Under the pieces are notes generated by a model. The model was not told where the DNA came from. It made no database searches and saw nothing but the letters and a program-made list of their open reading frames with translations. From positions 14,523 through 78,522 of the forward strand of contig JAILEN010000214.1 of the NCBI GenBank assembly GCA_024687655.1: a stretch of DNA of 64,000 bases, read 5' to 3'. Positions 48,532 through 57,127 of the stretch are shown here, piece after piece. Origin of the DNA: Lachnospiraceae bacterium. Lineage in GTDB: Bacteria; Bacillota; Clostridia; Lachnospirales; Lachnospiraceae. Position 1 is the first letter of the stretch; every line of letters begins with the position of its first letter. A program made the position numbers and the translations under genes.

Positions 48532-48538
48532 CCGGGTA

Positions 48539-49183
48539 ATGAGTTTTATGAATAAGCCTGATTATCAGAGACAACTTGATAATATCATCCTGGACCACCG
48601 GAGCCGCAGCGAAGTACCACGTGTACTTTTACACAGTTGCTGTGCCCCGTGTTCCAGTTATTGTGTAGAGTACCTTTCAGAGGATTTTCTGGTGACGGTT
48701 TTTTATTATAATCCCAATATCTATCCAGATGAGGAATATCTTCATCGTGTTCGTGAGCAGGAGAGATTTTTATCGGAATTTCCCACAAAGCATCCGGTTG
48801 GGTTTATTGAGGGCGATTTTGAAAAAAAACGCTTTTATGATGAAGTTGCACGTGGACTCGAGAATGAGCCGGAGCGTGGCAGACGTTGTGAAAAATGCTT
48901 TGAACTGAGGCTTTCAGAAACTGCCAAAAGAGCTGTGGCGGAAGGGTTTGATTATTTTTGCACTACACTTACCATAAGCCCTCAAAAGGATCCGGTGCTG
49001 CTAAACACTATTGGGAAAAGATTGGGAGAGGAGTATGGTGTGGCTTTTTTGCCTTCCGAGTTCAGAAAGCGGGAAGGGTATAAGCGGTCAACAGAGATTT
49101 CACGAGAATATGGCATGTATCGGCAGAATTACTGCGGGTGCGTGTATTCGATGTCAAGAAATACAGAAGAGAAAAATGCCTGA
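48539..49183 (+). CDS. queH: Epoxyqueuosine reductase QueH (DUF208)
   Basis: LLHSCCAPCSSY, C-x-x-C (RCEKCF) and a C-terminal YCGCVYS, which are characteristic of QueH. Confidence 0.8.
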   Translation: MSFMNKPDYQRQLDNIILDHRSRSEVPRVLLHSCCAPCSSYCVEYLSEDFLVTVFYYNPNIYPDEEYLHRVREQERFLSEFPTKHPVGFIEGDFEKKRFYDEVARGLENEPERGRRCEKCFELRLSETAKRAVAEGFDYFCTTLTISPQKDPVLLNTIGKRLGEEYGVAFLPSEFRKREGYKRSTEISREYGMYRQNYCGCVYSMSRNTEEKNA

Positions 49184-49364
49184 GCTTTTGCCCAGGCATT
49201 CTTCGCATATCATTTAAAAAGGGGGGGATTTGAATATGTCTCATTATGATGAGTCGTGTAACAGAAGATCCTGCTGTTTTCCTGTTACGCATGCATTATA
49301 ACAACATATTTTATATAATACATGCCATACTACGGTGAATAGTAGACAAATCTTGTTTTACCCC

Positions 49365-49393
49365 TTTACAAACTCGAACATACATTCTATAAT
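49365..49393 (+). promoter_or_regulatory. Putative sigma-A promoter
   Basis: TTTACA (49365-49370), a 17-nt spacer, then TATAAT (49388-49393). It lies 25 nt upstream of ATG 49419. Confidence 0.5.
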
Positions 49394-49418
49394 ATGCCAT
49401 ACAAAAGAGGTGTGTGGT

Positions 49419-49706
49419 ATGTCAAAGAAGTATATAAAAAAATTAGACGTGATATGTATGATGGGTGGCGATGATGTGGTGATCCCGCTAAGGATCAGGA
49501 TAGAAGATGACGATGGTGTGCGCCAGGCGTACTCCATAAAGGACTGCCGGGACATTTCACACAGGGGCACATGTACCAGGCCTGACGGGGTATTTGTCAC
49601 AAACGAGATGCTTGTATTCGCCTGCAAGATTGACGTTTTTGGCGCATTGAGGCCCATCACTTTGTACTATGACACCGGAAAGAGCAGATGGACCATGAGT
49701 GTTTGA
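49419..49706 (+). CDS. Hypothetical protein (95 aa)
   Basis: Start MSKKYIKKLDV behind SD AAGAGG. No family was recognised. The coding call rests on the ORF, SD and promoter only. Confidence 0.45.
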   Translation: MSKKYIKKLDVICMMGGDDVVIPLRIRIEDDDGVRQAYSIKDCRDISHRGTCTRPDGVFVTNEMLVFACKIDVFGALRPITLYYDTGKSRWTMSV

Positions 49707-49774
49707 GAGCACCGGCAGGTGGGGTGGATTTGAAAACGGGCACACTGGTGCTTCTCGAACAAAACAGGGATAGT

Positions 49775-50530
49775 ATGATGGATAGTGATCATTACGAAGC
49801 GGAGAAAAAGAGATTTAGAGAGTTATATGATCGGGCGGACAGGACCGGTTTGTTCCAGTTTACGGATTTTCACTCACAACAGGGGGTCGTGTTGGCGGAG
49901 ACGGTAGGCGCTGCAGGAGCGGTCAGCGCATGGGGCGGATTTGATGATGCCGAGAGAAAAATGGTCAGATTCGGTGATCCTGATGATATCGGATACGAAG
50001 AGGATTTCCCCATTACCGTGATCAGGATCGAGCCCAAGGTGCAGAAATATGCCGACAAACTGACCCATCGGGATTTTTTGGGCACCCTTATGAATCTCGG
50101 TATTGAGCGTAGTGTGCTGGGAGATATAATCGTTTATGAAAATACCGGGTACCTGATGGCCTGTTCCAGGATATCGGCTTTTTTGATGGACAATATCTCG
50201 CAGGTGAGACATACTGCTGTTAAGCTGAGTATTTTAGATTCTTTGCCCGAGGAAGCGAGGCCCAGAGTAAAACATATGGATGTAAATGTGTCCTCTCTCA
50301 GACTGGATGGTATGATAGCGCATGTATTTCATCTTTCAAGAGGTGAATCCAAAGCCCTTTTTTCATCCGAGAAGGTCTATATCAAAGGCATGCCGGCGAA
50401 AAACGCTGCTGTGGAACCGGATGACGGAGATATTATTTCCGTACACGGTCATGGTAAGTTCCGTTTTTGCGGGGTTTTGCATGAGACAAAAAGGGGGCAT
50501 TATGTGGTGGGCGTGGAGAGATTTGTGTGA
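49775..50530 (+). CDS. ylmH: YlmH-like RNA-binding protein (S4 domain)
   Basis: Start MMDSDHYE behind SD AGGGA, with FTDFHS near the N-terminus. The C-terminal S4 region is SLRLDGMIAHVFHLSRGESKALFSSEKVYIKG. Confidence 0.65.
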   Translation: MMDSDHYEAEKKRFRELYDRADRTGLFQFTDFHSQQGVVLAETVGAAGAVSAWGGFDDAERKMVRFGDPDDIGYEEDFPITVIRIEPKVQKYADKLTHRDFLGTLMNLGIERSVLGDIIVYENTGYLMACSRISAFLMDNISQVRHTAVKLSILDSLPEEARPRVKHMDVNVSSLRLDGMIAHVFHLSRGESKALFSSEKVYIKGMPAKNAAVEPDDGDIISVHGHGKFRFCGVLHETKRGHYVVGVERFV

Positions 50531-50563
50531 ACATGGTTTTGAGCATGTCATGAGGTGTTTGAT

Positions 50564-51169
50564 ATGAGTAGTATGAGGGAAAAATTACATACCGGTGAGC
50601 TTTACCTTCCCGGTGATGAGGAGATCATGAAGGAGCAGGTGATATATCAGGACCTGCTGTGTGAATATAATATGACGAAGCCGTCGGAGTTTGAAAAGAG
50701 GGCTGAGCTTCTTAAGAGGATGCTGGGAGATTGTGGTGAGGGCGTTTATATTGAGGCGCCTTTTTATGCCAACTTTGGCGGACATCATTGTCATTTTGGA
50801 AACATGGTCTATGCAAATTACCATCTTACATGTGTTGATGATACCCATATCTATGTTGGGGATTATACGATGTTTGGCCCCAATGTGACGATAGCTACAG
50901 CGGGTCATCCGATCCTTCCGGAGCTTCGGAAGGAGATTTATCAGTTTAACATGCCCGTTCATATCGGCAAATGCTGCTGGATCGGGGCAGGAGCGATCAT
51001 CATGCCCGGTGTTACCATCGGGGATAATACCGTTATAGGCGCAGGCAGCGTCGTGACAAAGGATATCCCTGCAGATGTTGTGGCCGTAGGCAATCCCTGC
51101 CGGGTCATGAGGCCGATAAATGAGCATGACAGGGAGTATTATTTCAAGGACAGACGGATAGAAATATGA
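50564..51169 (+). CDS. Maltose/galactoside O-acetyltransferase (hexapeptide LbH)
   Basis: Mac-type N-terminus MREKLHTGELYLPGDEEI, hexapeptide repeats (IGDNTVIGAGSVV), and GNPCRVMR. Confidence 0.85.
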   Translation: MSSMREKLHTGELYLPGDEEIMKEQVIYQDLLCEYNMTKPSEFEKRAELLKRMLGDCGEGVYIEAPFYANFGGHHCHFGNMVYANYHLTCVDDTHIYVGDYTMFGPNVTIATAGHPILPELRKEIYQFNMPVHIGKCCWIGAGAIIMPGVTIGDNTVIGAGSVVTKDIPADVVAVGNPCRVMRPINEHDREYYFKDRRIEI

Positions 51170-51243
51170 GATTTCGAAGCGATTTAATGTTATAATGTAA
51201 AAGGCAACACTGTACAATATAAGAAATAGAATGGGGGAGAGCA

Positions 51244-51996
51244 ATGAAACAGTTATTAGCTATCGGAAAGTGCAACGATGACGTCAGGGCGGCTTATTCA
51301 TATCTTGAGCGTTTCTTTGGGATCCAGATATTTGAGCAGTCCCTGGATCTGGCATCTAATATAGTCTCAGCCATGAGGCCGGATCTTATGGTGGTAAGCG
51401 TGGAGGAACTGCTTGTATCATCACCGGAAGCAGTGGGAGAGCTGATTAAGGCCGGGTCCGGGACACCGATGGTTACCATAGGCACGCCGGAGGATTTCAC
51501 CCGCTTTTCGGGCTCTTATGAGGGTGAAGCCCTCAGTAACATCAAGCTTCCCTTGAATGAAGAGGAGGCCCTGTCCATTGTCTGTGCCGCCCTTAAGATA
51601 TCCGTTGATAAGATCAAGCGTGAAAATGCAAACAAAAAGACGATCCTTGTGGTAGATGATGATGCCACCACGCTTCGCAGTTTTAAGAGTATCCTAGAGA
51701 ACAATTATACGGTAGAGCTTGCCGGATCGGGAGCCAAGGCCTTTGAGATCATGGAAAAAACTATTCCTGACCTGATCCTTTTAGACTATGAGATGCCGGT
51801 AATGAACGGCAAGGAGACCCTGGAAAAGATCCGTGCCACTGAAAAGTGGGCTAATGTACCAGTAATCTTTGTTACCAGTACCAAGGACAAAACCATAATA
51901 TCTTCACTTATTCCATTGCGGCCTTCGGGATATCTGCTCAAACCGGTTACTATGGACGTTATCCGTGCTGAGGTAAAAAAGATCCTGGGAGTATAG
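51244..51996 (+). CDS. Response-regulator receiver protein (C-terminal canonical REC, degenerate REC-like N-terminal half, no output domain)
   Basis: The C-terminal half has VVDDD, LILLDYEMP (phospho-Asp), FVTS and LLKP. Confidence 0.7.
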   Translation: MKQLLAIGKCNDDVRAAYSYLERFFGIQIFEQSLDLASNIVSAMRPDLMVVSVEELLVSSPEAVGELIKAGSGTPMVTIGTPEDFTRFSGSYEGEALSNIKLPLNEEEALSIVCAALKISVDKIKRENANKKTILVVDDDATTLRSFKSILENNYTVELAGSGAKAFEIMEKTIPDLILLDYEMPVMNGKETLEKIRATEKWANVPVIFVTSTKDKTIISSLIPLRPSGYLLKPVTMDVIRAEVKKILGV

Positions 51997-52011
51997 AGAA
52001 GGTACGGAATA

Positions 52012-52863
52012 ATGAAGGAAATGACATATGATGAGGCGGAAAAAAGAAAACGTGCCGAGGAATGCATCCGTAAGAAGTTTCACAAGCAGCTTTTTTCAGC
52101 CTTTGCCAGGGCATGCAAAAATTATAAGCTGATCGAAAACGGGGATCATATTGCCGTCTGCATATCCGGCGGCAAGGATTCCATGCTTATGGCAAAGCTT
52201 TTTCAGGAGATCCAACGTCATCGAAAGGTGGAGTTTGATCTGACATTTCTTGTTATGGATCCCGGTTATAACAGGGAAAACAGAGCGCTTATAGAAAGCA
52301 ACGCCGGGACTCTCGGAGTTCCGATCACGATATTTGAAAGTACAATATTTGATGCGGTAGATACCATAGACAAGAATCCGTGCTATCTATGTGCAAGAAT
52401 GAGACGCGGGCATCTGTACAGCAAGGCAAAAGAGCTTGGATGTAACAAGATAGCTCTTGGCCACCATTATGATGATGTGATCGAGACGATACTCATGGGT
52501 ATGATACACGGTGCTCAGATACAGACCATGATGCCCAAGCTCCACAGCACCAATTTCGAAGGAATGGAATTGATCAGGCCCATGTATCTGATCAGAGAGG
52601 CAGACATATGCGCATGGAGGGACTATAATGATCTGCATTTTCTCCAGTGCGCCTGCCATTTCACGGAGACTTGTTCTACACTTAATGAGGACGGCTCATC
52701 ATCAAGCAAGAGGCTGGAAACCAAGAAACTGATCGCAGAACTTAAAAAAACGAATCCGTATATCGAATCCAATATTTTCAGAAGCGTCGAAAATGTCAAT
52801 CTGGATACCGTAATTGAGTACAAAAAGGATGGCGTAAGACATAATTTCCTGGATGAATACTAA
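52012..52863 (+). CDS. ttcA: TtcA-like tRNA thiolation PP-loop ATPase
   Basis: PP-loop VCISGGKDS, plus CYLCARMRRG and CxxC-type cysteines. Confidence 0.75.
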   Translation: MKEMTYDEAEKRKRAEECIRKKFHKQLFSAFARACKNYKLIENGDHIAVCISGGKDSMLMAKLFQEIQRHRKVEFDLTFLVMDPGYNRENRALIESNAGTLGVPITIFESTIFDAVDTIDKNPCYLCARMRRGHLYSKAKELGCNKIALGHHYDDVIETILMGMIHGAQIQTMMPKLHSTNFEGMELIRPMYLIREADICAWRDYNDLHFLQCACHFTETCSTLNEDGSSSSKRLETKKLIAELKKTNPYIESNIFRSVENVNLDTVIEYKKDGVRHNFLDEY

Positions 52864-52901
52864 GGAGGGATCTGCGCCTTGGGGAAGAACACAAATTTTC
52901 C

Positions 52902-52930
52902 TTGACATATTATGTTGCGCGCAATATAAT
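52902..52930 (+). promoter_or_regulatory. Consensus promoter with an embedded 10-bp palindrome (likely MarR/OhrR operator)
   Basis: TTGACA (52902-52907), a 17-nt spacer, then TATAAT (52925-52930). The spacer contains the perfect palindrome TTGCGCGCAA (52915-52924). Confidence 0.6.
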
Positions 52931-52967
52931 AGCGGAAAAGACAACGTAGATTTTCATGAGGTGAACT

Positions 52968-53402
52968 ATGGCACAGAAATATGAACAGCTTTTATTAAAG
53001 AACCAATTATGCTTTCCCATGTATGCGTGCAGCAGAAAGATTGTAGGCAGCTACACACCGTATTTAAAGCCGTTGGGGTTGACCTATACACAGTATGTTG
53101 TCCTGATGGTGTTGTGGGAGCAGGAATCTGTTAATGTCGGACAGCTTGGAGACGTACTGAGGCTTGATGCAGGGACACTGACACCCCTGCTTAAAAGGCT
53201 GGAGAAGGCCGGTTATGTTACCCGAGAGCGTTCAAAGGAAGATGAGCGCATCACAGTCATTACCATAACCCCGGAAGGTGAAGCCCTTAAAGAAAAGTGC
53301 AAAGATATACCGCTTAAGTTGGCAGCAAAGGGATCCCCTCTAAGCGAGGAGGATGCCAAGGAATTGTACAGGCTGTTATATCTGTTCCTGGGAGAACAAT
53401 AA
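52968..53402 (+). CDS. MarR family regulator, OhrR-like
   Basis: 144 aa. The N-terminal LKNQLCFPMYACSR resembles the OhrR sensing-Cys region, followed by a winged HTH (VNVGQLGDVLRLDAGTLTPLLKRLEKAGYV). Confidence 0.8.
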   Translation: MAQKYEQLLLKNQLCFPMYACSRKIVGSYTPYLKPLGLTYTQYVVLMVLWEQESVNVGQLGDVLRLDAGTLTPLLKRLEKAGYVTRERSKEDERITVITITPEGEALKEKCKDIPLKLAAKGSPLSEEDAKELYRLLYLFLGEQ

Positions 53403-53453
53403 TCCGGCTGGGGCCACGCCTCCTAAAGAGTAGTATGATTTCTTGTGCGTTTT

Positions 53454-54443
53454 CTAGGCTAGCGCATCAATGACCTCCAGATCCTCTGATGAAAAGTCCG
53501 GCCGTTCCAGAATATTAAGATTATCCAATATCTGCCGGGGACGGCTGGCTCCTATCAAAACGGAGGTCACGGCATCATCCTTCAAAACCCATGAAAGGGC
53601 CATCTCTGTCAGGCTTTGTCCACGTTTTTTGGCGATCTCATTAAGAGCCTTTATCTTTGAGATTTTTTCTTCCGTTACATCATCAGCATGCAGATATCGC
53701 CCATCCCTTGCTATCCGGCTGTCTTCGGGGATCCCATTTAAATATTTTCCTGTAAGCAGTCCCTGTGCCAGGGGAGAAAAGGCGATGATCCCCTTCTTTT
53801 CTTCCTGCGCACTCGCTTTCAGCCCGTTGTTTTCAATGGTACGATCAAGGATACTATACCTGTTCTGGTTGATGACAAAGGGCGTGTGAAGCTCGTTTAA
53901 TATCCCTACGGCTTTTTTCATTGTCTCGCCATCGTAGTTGGAAAGACCCACATACAGTGCCTTTCCAGAGCGTACAATACTGTCCAAAGCCGCCATTGTC
54001 TCCTCCAGAGGCGTATTTGGATCCATCCTGTGATGGTAAAAGATGTCCACATATGAAAGGCCCATCCGCTTCAGGCTCTGATCAAGGCTTGCTATGAGGT
54101 ATTTGCGGCTGCCCCAGTTGCCATACGGGCCCGGCCACATATCGTAACCGGCCTTAGTGGAGATAATAAGTTCATCACGATATGGCACAAAAAGATCCTT
54201 AAAAAGTCTGCCGAAATTTTCTTCTGCCGAGCCGTAGGGCGGCCCGTAATTATTTGCAAGATCAAAATGTGTTATTCCATTATCAAAGGCGGTCGTAAGC
54301 ATTGCCTTCATATTGTCATAGTCACATTCTGCACCGAAATTGTGCCAAAGCCCCAGTGATATTTCAGGTAAAAGCAGTCCTGAAGCGCCGCAGCGGTTAT
54401 AACGCATTGTGTCATAGCGTTTGTCAGATGCATGATAACTCAT
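53454..54443 (-). CDS. Aldo/keto reductase (YghZ/Tas-like)
   Basis: GLWHNFG, FDLANNYGPPYG, YVDIFYHHR and LAQGLLTGKY motifs. 329 aa. Confidence 0.9.
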   Translation of the reverse strand: MSYHASDKRYDTMRYNRCGASGLLLPEISLGLWHNFGAECDYDNMKAMLTTAFDNGITHFDLANNYGPPYGSAEENFGRLFKDLFVPYRDELIISTKAGYDMWPGPYGNWGSRKYLIASLDQSLKRMGLSYVDIFYHHRMDPNTPLEETMAALDSIVRSGKALYVGLSNYDGETMKKAVGILNELHTPFVINQNRYSILDRTIENNGLKASAQEEKKGIIAFSPLAQGLLTGKYLNGIPEDSRIARDGRYLHADDVTEEKISKIKALNEIAKKRGQSLTEMALSWVLKDDAVTSVLIGASRPRQILDNLNILERPDFSSEDLEVIDALA

Positions 54444-54539
54444 GGTATTCCTCCTATGCTGACATGAATGATCATTGCCATGATTATAGCAGTTTCAAAG
54501 GGGATAGGCAAATAAACGTGATGCAGAGAAGGAAAAGAC

Positions 54540-54568
54540 TTGACATTTTATATTTTGTCAAATATAAT
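54540..54568 (+). promoter_or_regulatory. Consensus sigma-A promoter upstream of the nitroreductase gene
   Basis: TTGACA (54540-54545), a 17-nt spacer, then TATAAT (54563-54568). TTGAC...GTCAA forms an inverted repeat across the spacer. Confidence 0.55.
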
Positions 54569-54585
54569 ATCACAAAATATATACG

Positions 54586-55416
54586 ATGAGATATACTATG
54601 AAAACAGTTTTTGAAACCATTAAAGAAAGAAGAAGCGTGCGTACCTACGACGGAAATCTTCTAAGCGAACAGCACATAAATGATATCAAGGAATATGTAA
54701 AGGAGCTAAAAAACCCTTTTGACATACCTATAGAGTTTGTACTGCTAAACGCGAAGGAACATGGCCTTTCCAGCCCGGTTTTATCAGGCGAAGAGATGTA
54801 TGTGGCAGGAAAAGTAGAAAAAAAGCCATATGCTGATGTAGCCTTCGGGTATTCATTTGAGAAACTGGTCCTTCATGCATGGGAGCTGGGCATAGGAACA
54901 GTATGGATAGGTGGGACCATGAACAGGGATGCTTTTGAAAAAGCTGCCGGAGTAAAAGAGGGCGGGATTATGCCCTGTGTAAGCCCTTTAGGATACCCCG
55001 CCAAAAAGATGTCTATCAAAGAGACCATGATGAGAAAAGGGGTCGGGGCTGATTCAAGGATGTCCGCAGACAAGCTTTTCTATGAGTCTGCATGGGGACA
55101 ACCGCTAAATATAAGCGGCGATATGTCAGAGGTGCTTGAGATGGTCCGGTGGGCACCATCTGCTGTAAACAAACAGCCTTGGCGGATCATTGTAAAGGAC
55201 GGCATCTGCCATTTTTATGAGAAGAAGGATAAGGGTTATGACCACGAGAATACCGGTGATCTCCAGAAGATCGATATCGGCATAGCTTTATGCCATTTTG
55301 ATATGGCTATTGAAGAAAAAGATATGCAAACCAGAATAGAAATAAGCGATCCAGGGATAGAGATCCCTGATAATGTGGAATATATAGTAAGTGCTAAAAG
55401 TAACATATACACCTGA
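54586..55416 (+). CDS. Nitroreductase family protein
   Basis: IKERRSVRTY, and WAPSAVNKQPW in the second half. The start could instead be ATG 54598. Confidence 0.8.
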   Translation: MRYTMKTVFETIKERRSVRTYDGNLLSEQHINDIKEYVKELKNPFDIPIEFVLLNAKEHGLSSPVLSGEEMYVAGKVEKKPYADVAFGYSFEKLVLHAWELGIGTVWIGGTMNRDAFEKAAGVKEGGIMPCVSPLGYPAKKMSIKETMMRKGVGADSRMSADKLFYESAWGQPLNISGDMSEVLEMVRWAPSAVNKQPWRIIVKDGICHFYEKKDKGYDHENTGDLQKIDIGIALCHFDMAIEEKDMQTRIEISDPGIEIPDNVEYIVSAKSNIYT

Positions 55417-55593
55417 TCCCGGTGTATTAATGATCCCACCCGTCTGGGATCAAAAACTATATGGAAAAGGACTCGCTGGTGGCAATCTGGTGGCATAACG
55501 AATCACGCCATGAGGTAATTATGTCAAATACGCATTTTGCGTAAAGATGGGGGAAACGTGTTTCAACAAGCGCCTTAATCGGGCATTTACATC

Positions 55594-55986
55594 CTATAGG
55601 CCCGCTCTTAACGCATTCCTGACCGCATCTTTGATCACTTCGCTGGACATAGTGGCACCTGAAACTGCATCTACTTCAATATCATTTTTCCTTATCATGT
55701 CCTTAACGATTTCATTGGCAGGCAGTCCCTTGCCGCACTGGTGCTTAAGAATTTCTACGTCCTGGATCGTTCCATCCGCAACTGTTACACGAACCTCCAC
55801 TTTGACAAGATCCGTCTCACTACGACCATTATATACGCCATCAGCAACCTGTGACAGATCAATATTTGACCTGTCAAAAGACTTTACCTGGCCGCTCATC
55901 CTGATACTGACCATCAAAGCGACAGATATGATGATCGCCACAAATATGATTACTATTATGATTATAGTCTTAAACAGCTTCTTCAT
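55594..55986 (-). CDS. FMN-binding domain protein (membrane-anchored)
   Basis: Start MKKLFKTIIIIVIIFVAIIIS (TM helix), with the FMN_bind signature DAVSGATMSS. Confidence 0.7.
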   Translation of the reverse strand: MKKLFKTIIIIVIIFVAIIISVALMVSIRMSGQVKSFDRSNIDLSQVADGVYNGRSETDLVKVEVRVTVADGTIQDVEILKHQCGKGLPANEIVKDMIRKNDIEVDAVSGATMSSEVIKDAVRNALRAGL

Positions 55987-56521
55987 AGTCAGTTTCTCCA
56001 AGATAAGACACAATAGGCTCTATGAACTTTATATCAGATATATCGTAGGATGAAGCCATCTTCTCGGCCATTATCTTTTCCTTCTCAGTCGCATCTTTTT
56101 TATTCCTAAGAGCTGACACAAACATTTTCATTGCAAGCTTGGAGGGAGCCTTCATCCTTTCATAGTTAAAGCCGCCCTGGCAATAGAACACTTTTATGTA
56201 TTTCTTCTGCTCTTCCGATAGTGCATCCTGAAGAAAAATATCTACATCCGGATTATCATTAGGGCTGCCACCCACGCAAAACATAGCAAGACGCTTATCC
56301 TGCCAGTTTACAGCTTTGCCCAGAAACCACTTGGCTTTAACCAGACTGCCGGCCATCGCCCATCCGCCGTAGCAGATGACACCATACTCTTCAAAATATT
56401 CATCCGTTTTCCTCTGGGCATCCTTTAGATCAAGCAAATCTCCGTTCAGTCTGTCCGCTATCCACTCTGCATACCTTTTTGTAAATCCTGTCTGTGATGT
56501 ATAAATGATCAATGTTTTCAT
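55970..56521 (-). CDS. Flavodoxin-like protein
   Basis: MKTLIIYTSQTGFTKRYAEWIA, the typical flavodoxin N-terminal FMN loop. 183 aa. Confidence 0.75.
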   Translation of the reverse strand: MKTLIIYTSQTGFTKRYAEWIADRLNGDLLDLKDAQRKTDEYFEEYGVICYGGWAMAGSLVKAKWFLGKAVNWQDKRLAMFCVGGSPNDNPDVDIFLQDALSEEQKKYIKVFYCQGGFNYERMKAPSKLAMKMFVSALRNKKDATEKEKIMAEKMASSYDISDIKFIEPIVSYLGETDYEEAV

Positions 56522-56997
56522 AATTCACTCAGATTCCTTTCCATCATCATGATCGTTTGTATCGTGGTCTGCAGGCACTTTTCATCGATTCCGTCAAAGA
56601 TGCGTCCGATGATGTATTGGCTCTGCTGATCGTTATTATCATTTTCTTCCAAAAAAACTCTGCATTTATCTGTGACAAAAATGCGTTGCTTTCGCTTGTC
56701 TTTTTCATCAGGAGACGTTGAAACGAAACCCTTTTTTTCAAGTTTCAACAGGATCTGCTTCACATTCTGATGAGAACTGCCCATTACTTCCGAAAGGTCA
56801 TTCAGCGTCGGAGGTTCCTTGCATAAGTTGATACAGATTATGGCAAAGAACTGCTTCCAGGTGATCTCCTTGAAATATGCATCAGCAGCTGCCTGATATC
56901 TGTTATCAAATGCACTGAGTAATCCCAGCAAAAAAGGCTGTGGTGGCATATCTCCAAACTTTACTTTGTCTATTTTCATTACTTCATCATAATTCAT
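56518..56997 (-). CDS. MarR family transcriptional regulator
   Basis: Start chosen at MNYDEVMK behind SD GAAAGGA. Winged HTH: LNDLSEVMGSSHQNVKQILLKLEKKGFV. Confidence 0.75.
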   Translation of the reverse strand: MNYDEVMKIDKVKFGDMPPQPFLLGLLSAFDNRYQAAADAYFKEITWKQFFAIICINLCKEPPTLNDLSEVMGSSHQNVKQILLKLEKKGFVSTSPDEKDKRKQRIFVTDKCRVFLEENDNNDQQSQYIIGRIFDGIDEKCLQTTIQTIMMMERNLSEL

Positions 56998-57018
56998 AGG
57001 GGTTCCTTTCTGCATTAT

Positions 57019-57055
57019 GTAATATATTACCCATATAAACAATGTAATATATTAC
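57019..57055. promoter_or_regulatory. Two copies of the perfect 12-bp palindrome GTAATATATTAC (probable MarR operators)
   Basis: Copies lie at 57019-57030 and 57044-57055, 25 bp centre to centre. They sit just upstream of the MarR-flavodoxin-FMN_bind operon start, overlapping candidate -35/-10 elements on the minus strand. Confidence 0.5.
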
Positions 57056-57127
57056 ATGTTTTTTGTCAACTGTTTTGTATAAAAAAGCTTCGGCATTTCA
57101 CCGAAGCTTAAAAATACAACACCTATA

